Origin: Felis catus
Taxonomy: Eukaryota
Assembly (NCBI RefSeq): GCF_018350175.1
Contig: NC_058373.1
Span: 115,198,001 to 115,262,000, forward strand
Reading direction: 5' to 3'
DNA: 64,000 nucleotides
Positions 49,498 through 61,290 of the stretch are shown one piece after another. Position 1 is the stretch's first letter. Each line of letters opens with the position of its first letter. Below the pieces are notes generated by a model that made no database searches, had not been told where the DNA came from, and worked only from the letters and a program-made list of their open reading frames with translations. Position numbers and translations under genes: made by a program.

Positions 49498-49818
49498 AAT
49501 AAATAAACATTAAAAAGGGCGGGGGGAAACTTGGACACAAGTTCAAACAAAGACAGATGTGCACAGGGGGAAGATGGAGAAGACGGCCATGTGACTCCAT
49601 GGCAACGGAGTGCTGCTGCCACCAGCCAGAACACCAAGGATTACTGGCAAACACCAGTCACTGGGAAGAGGCAAGGAAGGATCCTCCTCTAGAGCTGTTC
49701 GAGTTGGGGACACTTCAGTTTGGGGCATCTGGCCTCCAGAACTGTGACTGAATCCATTTCTCTTGTAAACCACCCAGTTCTCGGTATTTTGTAACGGCAG
49801 CCCTAGCGAACGAATACA
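48908..49818 (+). mobile_element. MLT1C-like LTR with two SINE insertions, nested in an older MLT1 element (~48775-50250)
   Basis: tgttaggggttgaactgtgtcc...caggatgtgacct...ctggcctccagaactgtga...ttgtaacggcagccctagcgaacgaataca. Confidence 0.7.
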
Positions 49819-52800
49819 CTACGGGGTGTCATTGCCAAGATGGGTTGGTAAAAAGACTGTAGCTTCCACGTGAGGTGCACGCTGTCAGATCACTCCCTCT
49901 CGGGATACTCAGCTGCCGAGTCCTGAGGACGATCAGGCAGCCTAGGGAGAGGCCCACCTGGGAAAGAACCTAAGTCTCCAGCCAGCAAGGGTCCGAGGTG
50001 TGTCAAGAGTTGTGGGAGTGAACTTGGAAGGAGATCCCAACCCACCCCCCCCTCCTCCAGTTGAGGCTTCAGAAAAAACTGTGGCCCCAGCCTACAGTTC
50101 GACTACAGTTTCGAGAGAGACTCTAAACTGGAACCACCCAGTCAAGCCACTCCTGAATTTCTCAGATCACAGGGACTATGAGAGAATAAATGCTTGTTGT
50201 TTAAGCGATTCACTTTTAGGGTAATTTGTTACACAGTGATATTTAATACACCTGCTAACAAGGAAGGAGGCGTGGTTGCTTGCAAAGAGGAGACAGAGCA
50301 CGGAATGGCCGCTGAGATCACGAGAAAGGGAGCGGTGGACCCACAATACAGGTCTGATTAGTGGTTGCAAACTGTAGTTCAGAGCCACCTGACTTGGGTA
50401 CCAGTTAAATATTCAGATTCCTGAGCCTTGCGTTCCTGAATCAGGCTTTTCCCTGGGAAAATGGCACTGGCGATCTGCATTTGAAAAAGTGCCCAAGTGA
50501 TTCTTTTAAAGAGCCATTGAGTTCGAGAATAATTGCCAGCAGAGGCAAAAAGCTAGAATTTAAACTGGGTAACTCACAGCACAGGCTGGCATCACATAAG
50601 CACTACGCTGTGGACATACAAAGAATTGCTAAGTTTCGCCAACAATTCAGCAAATTCTGAGTTAGTGGGGATTACTTTGTATCCCTAAGAAAACATTCTC
50701 AGGAGTCCTTATGCTAACCTTCTCTTCCCTTTCTTTGTAAAGAGACTGCCCTATTTCTCCTTCAGTTCACCCTGTGTGGAGAAAGAAGCTCTCCCTATTC
50801 CGATTTCGACCTCACTCCAACCTTCTCTGGTCTTGGCGGTCAGGACTCTGCAAAGTCCTGCAAAGTAGGCCAGAAGTGCACAGAAGTGCTTCCTGTTTCT
50901 GGGGTTTCTGGGGCCACCCTAATGCACAGAGAGGCCTCACATGAGGGTCATGCTGCAGCTTTTGTGAGAAGGGCCTTGGCAGGAAAATCAGAAAGTGGAA
51001 TGTTCTGGGCAGAAGAGATCAGTGGATTCTGTAAGCCTCAGTTTCTTCATTTAAAAAATGTTATATGCCGGGGCACCTGGATGGCTCAATCAGTTGAGCG
51101 TCCAACTTCTGCTCAGGTCATGATCTCACAGTTTGTGGGTTTAAGCCCCACGTCGGGCTCTGTGCCGACAGCTCAGAGCCTGGAGCCTGCTTCGGATTCT
51201 GTGTCTCCCTCTCTCTCTGCCCCTCCGCTGTTCGCACTCTCTCTCTCTAAGATAAATAATTACAAAAAAATTAAAAATTAAAAAAAATTAAAATGTTATA
51301 CGGCTACATGAAGGGTTGTGTGAGGAGTGACTGAGGTGATGTGTACAGTGTCCCTAGCACAATGCCTGGCACACAATAGCGGCTCAGAAAATGGGAGCTG
51401 CCAATATTAAGAGGTGTGGCAAGGAGGCTATGCTTGGTGCTCTGAATTTAAGTTTATCTTGGTGTTATGATCGTTTCTGTCCCAAATCTGCTTCCCCATG
51501 ACTGTCCCAATCAGGGCTCCAGCCATAACCCGAGTGAGATATGGGTCCTCGGAGGAGGAAAGATGGAACTAGATGATAGGTGGATTTTATGGAGAACAAA
51601 AAGTGAGTTCCTAGACCTAGGGCAGCATTCCTCTAGGTCTCCTGGTTGAGTATTAGAACCACCTGCAGCCCTTACTAACTAACTAGGACCCTAGTCCAGA
51701 CCAATTACATTAGAATTTCTGCCAGTAGGGACCCAGGCAGTGCAATATTATGAACACTTGTCAGGTGATTTTAGTGTGCATCTGGTGTTGAGGTTAAAGC
51801 ACTCAGGTTAAAGTAGAAGGTTCACAGGACTTTTGATTATTATGTACAAAATGAAAACAGCAACAAAAAAATCACAGTGTGGCAACTGAAAGAAGTCAGA
51901 TAGGGATGTAGGGGTGAATCAGTAGAAAATGGAGCATTTTTTAAAACCATACATTTCCAAGAGAGATTTAAGAAAAGCCTTTCAAAAAATATTTAGAATT
52001 AGCTAGGAACAAGGAAGCAATACTTTTTCTTTGTGTTGGAAAGTATCTGGTGATCTTTAGGACATTTTCAGAAAAACAGAGTTACCGGTCAGAATGAGCA
52101 TTTTCCCCAGTCACGTGGTTGGGTCATGTTAAGTAGAAAAATGGCCACAAGTTTGAATATACACTTTTAATCAAAAATATATTAAAGAAACATGGAAAGT
52201 GCCCATGATTATGTTTTATGAATAAAAAATCTTCATACCAAATGATACCAAATTCTATATGTGAAGATGACTCATATTTTAAAAACGCGTTTGTATATAT
52301 AGAACACTACAGAGAAATTATTGAAAAAGCCAAGTAATTATCCTTTGGGGTTTGAAAAACAAGGATAGCCTTTCGACATCTTTTAAAAAATATCTGTTTT
52401 TTTTTTTAAATGACGATGTATTACTTTTGAATTGGAAAATAAAACATATATTAAACACCCAGGAAAGAAAACACGAGAAGGAAATACAGGAAAACATAAT
52501 CGAAGGTTGATTTGGTGAGATGGGATTCTGAGTGTTCTTCTCGTCTTTCAGTTATTTCTCCTGTTGTACATTTTGTGATAATGAGCACAGGTATTTTTCT
52601 CTCTCTTTTTTGTAAACATTTATTCATCTTTGAGAGATAGAGCACGAGGAGAGGAGAGGCAGAGAGAGAGGGAGATACGGAATCTGAAGCAGGATGCAGG
52701 CTCCCAGCTGTCAGCACAGAGCCCTACGTGGGGCTCGAACCCACAAACTGTGAGATCATGACTGAGCCAATGTCAGACACTCAACTGACTGAGCCACCCA

Positions 52801-52966
52801 GGCATCCCAAGCGTATGTGTTTAATAACTGGAATACCATAAACTCTATTTAAAAATAAAGATTGAATCCTCTGTTCTTGTTTACAATTTTATTATCTGAT
52901 GGAGGGAGCTGGATGGAGCATTTGTAAAACAGTTTAAAGTTTAGGAATCAGTTAAATCAGTTAGCT

Positions 52967-53303
52967 CAGGGGGTGGCAAATGTTGTCTGTAAGGAGCCGG
53001 ACAGTAAATATATTAGCCGGATAGTGTGGTTCATATGGTGTGTATTACAACAATTCAGCCCTGCTTTTGTAGCAGGACAACAGATATAGACGCTAAGTAA
53101 ATGAACTGGAGTGGCTGTGTTCTTAAAAACTTTATTGATGGATACTGACCTTTGAATTTAATCTAATTTTCATGTGTCATGAAGTCTTCTTTTGATCACC
53201 TTCCCCAACCCCAACCATTAAAAATGTAAAACCATCCTCAGACCATACAAAAACAAGTGGCAGGCTGAATTACCCCCCAGAGGCCATAATTTGCTGACTC
53301 CTG
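52967..53303. mobile_element. MER58B-like hAT MITE
   Basis: TIRs cagggggtggcaaa...tttgctgactcctg, 337 bp; degenerate 8-bp TSD agttagct/agttagag. Confidence 0.75.
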
Positions 53304-53908
53304 AGTTAGAGATCAGGAACGTGATGAATGAAACATCCTATAGTTAGGCTGAAAGACCCCCAAAAGAGATGGCCAATAAACTCTATTTCCTTTCCTTTCC
53401 TTTCCTTTTTTATTGTATTTATTTAAACCTGTGATTTCTCTGCATCCTCTTATTCCTTTACTAAAGAATTCGGTACTTACTTGGGTGTCTGAGGAAAAAG
53501 ATGCCATTTGGTTGAAACACGAATATAGGAGCAGGACAACCTGAAAAAAAAAATAGTAATGAAAATCCAGGTCTACAGATACTGAATCTTTGCTGTGCTA
53601 GGTATTTCTGGGAAACAAAAGCAGAAATAAGGCGTATCATTATGCAGGAATTATAGGGGCACATGCAGAATTTTGTAGGATCACACAGGAGGCAGAGTAA
53701 TCACGCTCACGGAAGACGACTGTGTTTATTGGAGGAACTGGTAAGAAACAAGCTGGTAGGAAGACTTATTAAGCGAGTGTCATGGAAAAAACAAATATTG
53801 CAAAAAGTCATTTAAAAAAACCAGTAGATTAAGTCACTAGGCACTAATGAAAAATTACCTTTGTGGAGATGACAAACGTTTAAGCACTAAACAAATCAAG
53901 AAAGGCCT

Positions 53909-54353
53909 TGTGAAAACTAACGAAGGGAAACCTCACTAGAGTCTGGAGGGAGGCAGTGGGAGTCAAAGCATTCCTCTGCAATTACCGGAAGAAGTGTCAG
54001 TTACAGACCCCAACAGAAGAAACCTCGAGAAGAAAGAATCATCACAGTCCCTCACACAGAAAAGACGCACACTGCATCTTCTATAAGAAAACAACTACCC
54101 CTGCAACTTAGCTGCTGAGAAACCATGCTTTTCTCTAACGAACTTTAGACTTGCCTTCAAAACAATCCATTCCAAATTCTTCCTGCTTCTCAAAAAACAT
54201 GCTGTTCCTCTTCTTTGTTGGATGTGCCTATGGTTTTTCAGCAGCTTCTGTGTCCCAAATTACAACTCTCCACTATTTCTGAATAAACCCATTTTTATGG
54301 CCAAATTACTGTTTTATTTTTAAGATTAAAAAATTTTTTAATGTTTATTTATT

Positions 54354-54393
<40 letters not shown>

Positions 54394-54578
54394 CATGAGT
54401 GTGTGAGGAGCAGAGAGAGAGGGAGACACAGAATCCAAAGCAGGCTCCAGGCTCTGAGATGTCAGCACAGAGCCCTACATGGGGCTCGACCCCACGAACC
54501 GTGAGATCATGACTTGAGCTAAAGTCTGATGCTTAACTGACTGAGCCACCCAGGCGCCCCTTATTTTTAAGATTCACA
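53909..54578 (+). mobile_element. ERV-type solo LTR with a SINE inserted near its 3' end
   Basis: TG...CA termini, flanks GGCCT/GGCTT, AATAAA at ~54282. Antisense SINE at ~54330-54560 with TSD TTATTTTTAAGATT. Confidence 0.6.
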
Positions 54579-54599
54579 GGCTTTGTAAAAAAAATTAGT

Positions 54600-55828
54600 C
54601 CTGGGGTGGCTCAGGCGGTTAAGCAACTGACTCTTGATCTCAGCTCAGGTCTTGATCTCAGGGTTATGAGTTCAAGCCCCATGTTGGGCTCCATGGTGGG
54701 TGTGATGCCAACTGAAAAAAAAAAAATAGTCCTGAAGAAAATCAAATGCTGTGGGCTGAAGACAGCAACTTTTTTCATGGTGTACAGCACCAACATTCTT
54801 GTTTTTCACTCCCAGAAAACTTTTTCTAGATTACTTTGTTATTGCAGCAAAAATAGCATTTAGTGAGTGAAATTACAAGCAATTGCTTCCATACTCAACT
54901 GAAAATATAGAAAATAACTGGAAGACCATTTTTTTTTAATTATGCAGAAAGTAAACAAGTGTAACTAAATAAGTGCTGGTTTGGGACAATTTGTACATTA
55001 CAGGATTCCAGTGTTTATTAGGCTAGTGGCTAATGGTATTTTTTTTTAATTTTTTTTTTTAATGTTTTAATGTGCTGAGCTGTCAGCACAGAGCCCGACG
55101 CGGGGCTCGAACTCACAGACCGTGAGATCATGACCTGAGCTGAAGTCAGACGCTTAACCGACTGAGCCACCCAGGTGCCCCTAAAGGTATTTTCTTTTAA
55201 TCAGGCTTCGTGCCCAGCATCAAGGGTCAGATGCTTAACCCAAAGAACCACCCATGCACCCCTAAAGGTGTTTCCTTTGAACAAACTCATTATTTTCTTT
55301 TAAATCCATCCTCATTACCCATACCATAGAAAACTAAGTTCACAATTTTGCTATATACTGACTGAGGCTCTTTTTATTTATTTACTTATTAAAATTTTTT
55401 AATGTTTATTTTTTAAAAAAATTTTTAATGATTATTTATGACTGAGAGAAAGAGAGCACAAGGAGGGGAAGAGCAGAGAGAGGGGGAGACAAAGAATCCG
55501 AAGAAGGCTCCAGGCTCTGAGCTGTCAGCACAGAGCCTGATGCAGGGCTCCAACCCACGCTGTAAGATCATGACCTGAGCTGAAGTCGGACGCTTAACCG
55601 ACTGGGCCACCCAGGTACCCCTAATGTTTATTTATTTTCCTAATGTTTATTTTTGAGAGAGAGTGCGCGTGAGCGCGTGTGAGCGTTTGTGAGCAGGGGA
55701 GGGGCAGAGAGAGAGGGAGGCACAGAATCAGAAGCACAGAGCCCAATGTGGGGCTCGAACTCACAAGCTGTGAGATTACGACCTGAGCTGAAGTCACACT
55801 CAACTGACTGAGCCACCCAGGCGCCCCC
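54600..55828. mobile_element. SINE cluster upstream of SRSF5
   Basis: Copies at ~54600+, 55040-55181- (internally deleted), 55370-55621- and 55625-55828-. Confidence 0.8.
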
Positions 55829-56689
55829 AAGGCTCTTTTTAAAATAAACAAATGTTTAAATGGTGGAGCTCATTCCATACAAACTATCTAAATTCGAACC
55901 TACAGTTTCTAAGGGCTGGGAGATCAGAAAAAGGGCCAGTAGCTCTTCTTCTCGAACTTCATCTCTGTGTAACTTTAGTTGCAAACAGCAACCCTAGATA
56001 CAGGACACTCTGAAAAATGGCATGCCTTCGTTTCCACCTAAAAGCATTAAAAAAAAGTAACCTTTTACAATCATTCTATTTATGCCTCAATTTCTAAACC
56101 TGAGTACTTCGCTGGGAAAATGTGGAGTTAAAGATGCCTAAGGCTATTTCACCCTCATTTTGAAAACACAATCTTTTCTGTTTCCGAGTAATGGTATACT
56201 TTATGTGTTACATTACGGAAACTTGAACAGGGAGGGTTAACCAAATACCATTTGGACTTTAAAAGTAGCCTGAAACATCTCCCAACCGGTTCAGTTCTAG
56301 TGCAGAAATCTGCATTCTGACCTCAATTCAAGATGGCCTGCTAGCTGCAGTCCCAATTTTAATATTTCATCATGCAAAAAACTTCCATTTAAAAAACACT
56401 GCAGTTCTTTAGTCTTCTTACTGTAAACCACACGTCCGTGGTATGGTATGGTTAAGATATTCACTTGTGCACTAAGCAGCCTCCTCCAAAATACAAGCAT
56501 AAACTGCAGGAAGCAAGGAGTCACAGATGGCCAAATATTTTTGCAAAACGTGAGTTTCTTTTACCCAGTACTCTTCGGAGTATCTTAAAAAAAAAATGCA
56601 GCTAAACAAGAAGTGCCATTTGCTCTAGCAATGACAATGCTGGAGAGACACTGACGAACCCCACTCAAGGAGCAAACACCTTCATCCGT

Positions 56690-57765
56690 GCCCCGTGCAG
56701 CTTCTGGCACCTGACGACCACACCCACGTCAATTCCCGCCCCTCGGCCCCGCCCATCGCTGATGCGGGTCGCCGGCGCGGTCAGCGTACAGCGGTCCCTA
56801 CTGCACGTAAACTTCCGGCTCCGCGGAAACGTCATCCCTGGATTCAGTGGGGAGGTCCCCGGGGCGGTACCGGAAGTGACGCAGGGGCGCGCCCTCCATT
56901 TTGTGGAACGCAGGAGCAGCTAAGTGCGTCAGTTTTGGAAAGACGTAGACGAGTTTAGTCCTGGTTTGCGGGGAGGCAGACGGCTCCGTCGCAGACTACG
57001 GACCTCTCTGGTCTCTCAGCTGCCAAAGACCCTGTCCGGTAGGTGAGTGACTCACTTTGAGGGAAAGGCTTCTCGGATCGAGGCTTCTTCATGGCCGCTC
57101 AGATCGTGAGTGGCCAGGGCTGCTCTCTTTGCGGAGGACGGCGTCCAATGAGCGCAGTTTATTCGAGGTGGGCGCTGGGGCACGTCTCCCTTTGGGTACT
57201 GTTTGAGGGGAACTGAAGGTGGAAGGGCGGTCGTGGTTATGGTCATTTTTACACAGGGGTCTATGCTCCTCCCTGCCTCCTTACCTCTTCACTACCCGAA
57301 CCCCCCGAGTTTGGGCGGAGACCTTTGCTCGGGGGTGTGGCTAGGGTTTTCTGCGGGAGGGCACGATGACTCCGGAACTATGGAGTCGTGGGAGGGGGTG
57401 GGAGGAGGGCGTTTGGCACGCGCGGCTCTCCCCCACCGCTGTCTCCGCCGCCGCCATTTTGTGGCTGCCGGCGTCCGCCCGCCGCCGTTTGCGCAGGCGC
57501 GGCGGTGGCGTCGCGAGATTCCGGCTTCCACCCGCTGTGACGCTCCTGGGAGGCGGCGACGCGCGCGCGGCCCATCACCATTGGGCTGGCCTTGCGGAGG
57601 GCGGGGTCGGCTCCGCCCGCACTTCTCGGCCTTTCCTAACTGCGGCAGATGGGAGGGGGCCAGAAGAGCCAGGGAGAGAGTGCGGCTGCGCAGTTCCAGA
57701 GGCGGCAGTGGGCGTTGCGGTTGCTGCGGTCTGGGCCCAGGGAAGGATCGTGTTGGGAGCCGAGT
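56690..57765. promoter_or_regulatory. SRSF5: CpG island / SRSF5 promoter and first intron
   Basis: CpG-dense. ETS ACTTCCGG at 56811-56818, GC box at 56861-56867, CCGGAAGTGACGCA at 56870-56883, YY1-type CCATTTT at 56896 and CCGCCATTTT at 57451-57460. Confidence 0.85.
56893..57042 (+). other. SRSF5: SRSF5 non-coding exon 1 (TSS approximate)
   Basis: Follows the promoter motifs. Donor TAG|gtgagt at 57042/57043, with a tandem alternative CCG|gtaggt 4 nt upstream. Confidence 0.7.
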
Positions 57766-57954
57766 TTTAATTTTGTCTGCAAGGGACCTGGCCTAATAAG
57801 AGGCACTCTTGGCAATCTTGTTTATAACATCACCGGGTAAACATTTTATTTTATGCCGTTTATGTTTTTGGCCCCTTAACTAGGCATTCTTCTGACATTC
57901 ACTGGTATTGTTTCAATCGAATCATTTTCTAACAGGAAATACTAGCCGGATATC

Positions 57955-58080
57955 ATGAGTGGCTGTCGAGTATTCATCGGGAGGCTAAATCCCGCGGCCA
58001 GGGAGAAGGACGTGGAAAGGTTCTTCAAGGGGTATGGACGAATAAGAGATATTGATCTGAAAAGAGGCTTTGGTTTTGTG
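57955..58080 (+). CDS. SRSF5: SRSF5 exon 2 coding part (exon begins 57936); start of RRM1
   Basis: ttttctaacag|G acceptor, ATG at 57955; MSGCRVFIGRLNPAAREKDVERFFKGYGRIRDIDLKRGFGFV; GTG|gtaagt donor. Confidence 0.97.
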
Positions 58081-58378
58081 GTAAGTGTTTTAGAACTACT
58101 GTTAAGTCGCTAAAGATTTTGATGAGCAGTGTGTTTTGATTTTACTGAGTTCAGGTAGGGTATCTTTGGAAAACTTTGTATGTTCTTAGAGCAGTGAATT
58201 TTCTTGAGGGATAACCTCGCTGTTGGTTGGAGGGAAACCACTCCTGATCGCTGTCTTTAAGATAGTCATTCTATCACACGTTTGCAGTGCTCTTACTATG
58301 TTGTAGAATATATCTTAGAGCCACATTAAGCAGGGGGTCGGTTTGTTTGTTTTTTTTCCCCCCATGTTTACATTTTAG

Positions 58379-58449
58379 GAATTTGAGGATCCCAGGGATG
58401 CAGATGATGCTGTATATGAACTTGATGGAAAAGAACTCTGCAGTGAAAG
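58379..58449 (+). CDS. SRSF5: SRSF5 exon 3
   Basis: ttttag|GAA, EFEDPRDADDAVYELDGKELCSE(R), AAG|gtgaga. Confidence 0.97.
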
Positions 58450-58576
58450 GTGAGAACGTTAGTTTTGTAACCAGTTAGCACCGTAAGATGGACAAGATCA
58501 GCTGGGATATTTTTCAAAGTCTATCTCTTGTGGCTTGTGTGGAGATAACAGAGTCTTTTTTCCCCCCTTCCTGTAG

Positions 58577-58675
58577 GGTTACTATTGAACATGCTAGGGC
58601 TCGATCTCGAGGTGGAAGAGGTAGAGGACGCTATTCTGACCGTTTTAGTAGTCGCAGACCTCGAAATGATAGACG
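58577..58675 (+). CDS. SRSF5: SRSF5 exon 4
   Basis: cctgtag|G, VTIEHARARSRGGRGRGRYSDRFSSRRPRNDR(R), ACG|gtatgt. Confidence 0.97.
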
Positions 58676-58978
58676 GTATGTGATAGATGGTGGATGGCTG
58701 CTTTGAACAATCTTTACCGCAGGAGGAGCTTTTAATGTTTAAGAACCATTAGCAATAAGTGATTCTGGTACTTACTGAGTAATCGTTTCTCCTTTTCATA
58801 TGTTAATCCACTGTTCCTGATTAGTGCGTGTAGTAAGTCCTGTAAAATAATGTAGAAACTTGATGGGAGTCCTTTGAATGACTTGTTCCGTCTCGTTGCT
58901 TGAACTTGTCCACAGTCGAACACAGTAGGTACACACTGCTGCATTTCTTCCATTGTGAGTACTCATTTTCTTCCTCAG

Positions 58979-59048
58979 AAATGCTCCACCTGTAAGAACA
59001 GAAAATCGGCTTATAGTTGAAAATTTATCTTCAAGAGTCAGCTGGCAG
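58979..59048 (+). CDS. SRSF5: SRSF5 exon 5; start of RRM2 (pseudo-RRM)
   Basis: ttcctcag|A, NAPPVRTENRLIVENLSSRVSWQ, CAG|gtttgt. Confidence 0.97.
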
Positions 59049-59317
59049 GTTTGTTGAAATACAGTTTTGAGCTATTTTAATGTGGCTTTTTAAAAATTAA
59101 TGGGCAGTTAATGTTTTATTATGTTTTATTAAAAGTAATTTTATCTTTAATTAATTTTAAAATGGATTTAATTGTAATTTTTAAATTTTAATTAAATGTA
59201 ATTGGGGGATATTTCAAACTTTTAATAATTAGTGATGAAATGTTTAATGTTTTGAGGATATATTTTCTTGTTTATTAAAATCAATTTTAACCAAATATTA
59301 AACCCTTTATTTGCCAG

Positions 59318-59853
59318 CCTATCTGTGTCGTTGGCCTTATGACGAGGAGTGCCTGTGGGTTATCCTAATCGTTGTCTTGGTCACTCTTGGTTGGGCCTGG
59401 TTGACTTTGCCAGTCAGCTCCTACAGTGATCAATTGGCCACCTCTAGATCTGTGTTTGCCGGTCTAGACGTAATCGGTGCACTTAACTTGAAGTGCCAGG
59501 TTGCAGCGATCCCAGAGCGTTGATAACGAGATCTGATCCCTAAGTTGAGAGCGGTCTTCCTGTAACGCTTCCGAATAAGAGGTCCTGGTCGAAAAGAGTT
59601 GAAAGATACGAAATTAGGTGGTCGTTGGAATCCTGATCGCAGTAAAGTGTTCCTTGGTAACTGCACAAGAGTAGAACATGTCTGCATCCGCCTGTAGTCT
59701 GCTAATAGGGAGGGCTGTGCGATTAAAGGCTTCCATCGATTGGGTAGTGTCCTTCAAGTGGGTGGCGAAGAGCCAGTCGGGCATATGTCATGAAGGTTTC
59801 TCCGACCAATTAACGGTTTGCTGCTTGACTAGCCTAGGGAAATAATAATAAAG
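59318..59853 (+). other. SRSF5: SRSF5 poison (PTC-containing) alternative exon in intron 5; 3' boundary uncertain
   Basis: Acceptor ccctttatttgccag|CCT; in frame with exon 5 it reads PICVVGLMTRSACGLS* (TAA 59366-59368). Best downstream donor is AAG|gtaaag at 59853/59854. Compositionally distinct block between AT-rich intron flanks. Confidence 0.75.
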
Positions 59854-60290
59854 GTAAAGTAAACTTTTTTAATGACATATGGGGCACAAAATAACTGGTG
59901 TCTTGTAAATGTTCTGTTTTGTTTTTTTTAATATAAAACTTCTACTTTAGTCTTTACTTTTAAAATATGTACTGTTTCTTTTTGTTTCTTTTTGTTTTGT
60001 TTTTTGTTTTGCTTTTTTTCTTATGTATTGAGCTCAGTATAGACTAATACTACTTTAATGTTAAGATCTGAATTTCCTCTAGCATTTTGCTTAAAAGCAA
60101 TATGCTTTTTTGCTTATTTCGTGCCCTGACCTAGATAATTTTTCAATTCTGATAGAATACAAGTGTGGTAAATGCCATGTTTGTACTTTATCTAACATCT
60201 TCTCTTCCAGTAGTCTTGTTTTTTATACCATGTGGTTGTTTGTGTGTCACATCGCCTTTTCTTTGCTTGACACGATTGTCTTGTGTTAAG

Positions 60291-60364
60291 GATCTCAAAG
60301 ATTTCATGAGACAAGCTGGGGAAGTAACCTTTGCGGATGCACATCGACCTAAATTAAATGAAGG
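60291..60364 (+). CDS. SRSF5: SRSF5 exon 6
   Basis: gttaag|[27 protein letters not shown](G), completing the SWQDLKD signature; AGG|gtgagt. Confidence 0.97.
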
Positions 60365-60462
60365 GTGAGTGTGTATTGGAGATCATAACCGCCTTTTAAA
60401 ACATACTGAAAATTTTACTGGGGATTTTTTTAGAGAACATAAAATTTGGACATGCTGTAGTG

Positions 60463-60659
60463 CAGTGGTTCTCAATCCAGGAGGAGTTTGCTCAGTAGGG
60501 AGCACTGGACAACAGTTTTGGTGGTTGTAACTGGTTGAGGTCACCACTGGCATCTGGGTAGAGGCCAGGGATGCTGCTAAACATCTGATGGTGCATAGGA
60601 AAGCCTTCCACAACTGAGAATTAAAAATTTCAGTTGTTTGGAAAGGTTGAGAAACCTTG
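60463..60659. mobile_element. MER20-like hAT MITE in SRSF5 intron 6
   Basis: cagtggttctcaa...ctggcatctgggtagaggccagggatgctgctaaacatc...ggttgagaaaccttg. Confidence 0.75.
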
Positions 60660-60786
60660 TTGCAATGCTGTTCTCCATTAAGATCTAAGACAATGTAGTA
60701 TTAACAAAAGGTGCATGGAGAAGGTATTTTAGTTTGCTGTGTGTAGTGTGAGACTAGGCTATAACATGTATGTACCTTTATAAAGG

Positions 60787-60820
<34 letters not shown>

Positions 60821-60824
60821 GTAG

Positions 60825-60935
60825 GGTGGTAGAGTTCGCCTCTTATGGTGATTTAAAGAATGCTATTGAAAAACTTTCTGGAAAGGAAATAAATGGGAGA
60901 AAAATCAAATTAATCGAAGGCAGCAAAAGGCACAG
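60825..60935 (+). CDS. SRSF5: SRSF5 exon 7
   Basis: Poly-T then aattgtag|[37 protein letters not shown](S); CAG|gtatct. Confidence 0.97.
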
Positions 60936-61022
60936 GTATCTCTTTAACATTTTTAAGACAAAGTTTTAGTTAATAGGTTTGTAGGGACTGCCTCTTATGT
61001 TGTATTTTTCCTCCCTTCCTAG

Positions 61023-61290
61023 TAGGTCACGAAGCAGGTCTCGTTCCCGAACCAGGAGTTCCTCTAGGTCTCGTAGCCGATCTCGTTCCCGGAGTCGCAA
61101 GTCTTACAGCCGGTCCAGGAGCCGGAGCCGGAGCCGGAGCAAGTCCCGTTCTGTTAGTAGGTCTCCTGTGCCTGAAAAGAGCCAGAAACGTGGTTCTTCA
61201 AGTAGATCTAAGTCTCCAGCATCTGTGGATCGCCAGAGGTCCAGGTCCCGATCCCGGTCAAGGTCCAGATCAGTTGACAGTGGCAATTAA
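61023..61290 (+). CDS. SRSF5: SRSF5 exon 8 coding part (RS domain)
   Basis: cccttcctag|T; RS repeats ending SVDSGN* (TAA 61288-61290). Summed CDS 126+71+99+70+74+111+268 = 819 nt = 272 aa. Confidence 0.96.

Noticed and set aside
57203..57796. 197-aa and 134-aa ORFs in SRSF5 intron 1
   Set aside because: Expected stop-codon scarcity in a CpG island; Arg/Gly/Ala-rich with no domain.
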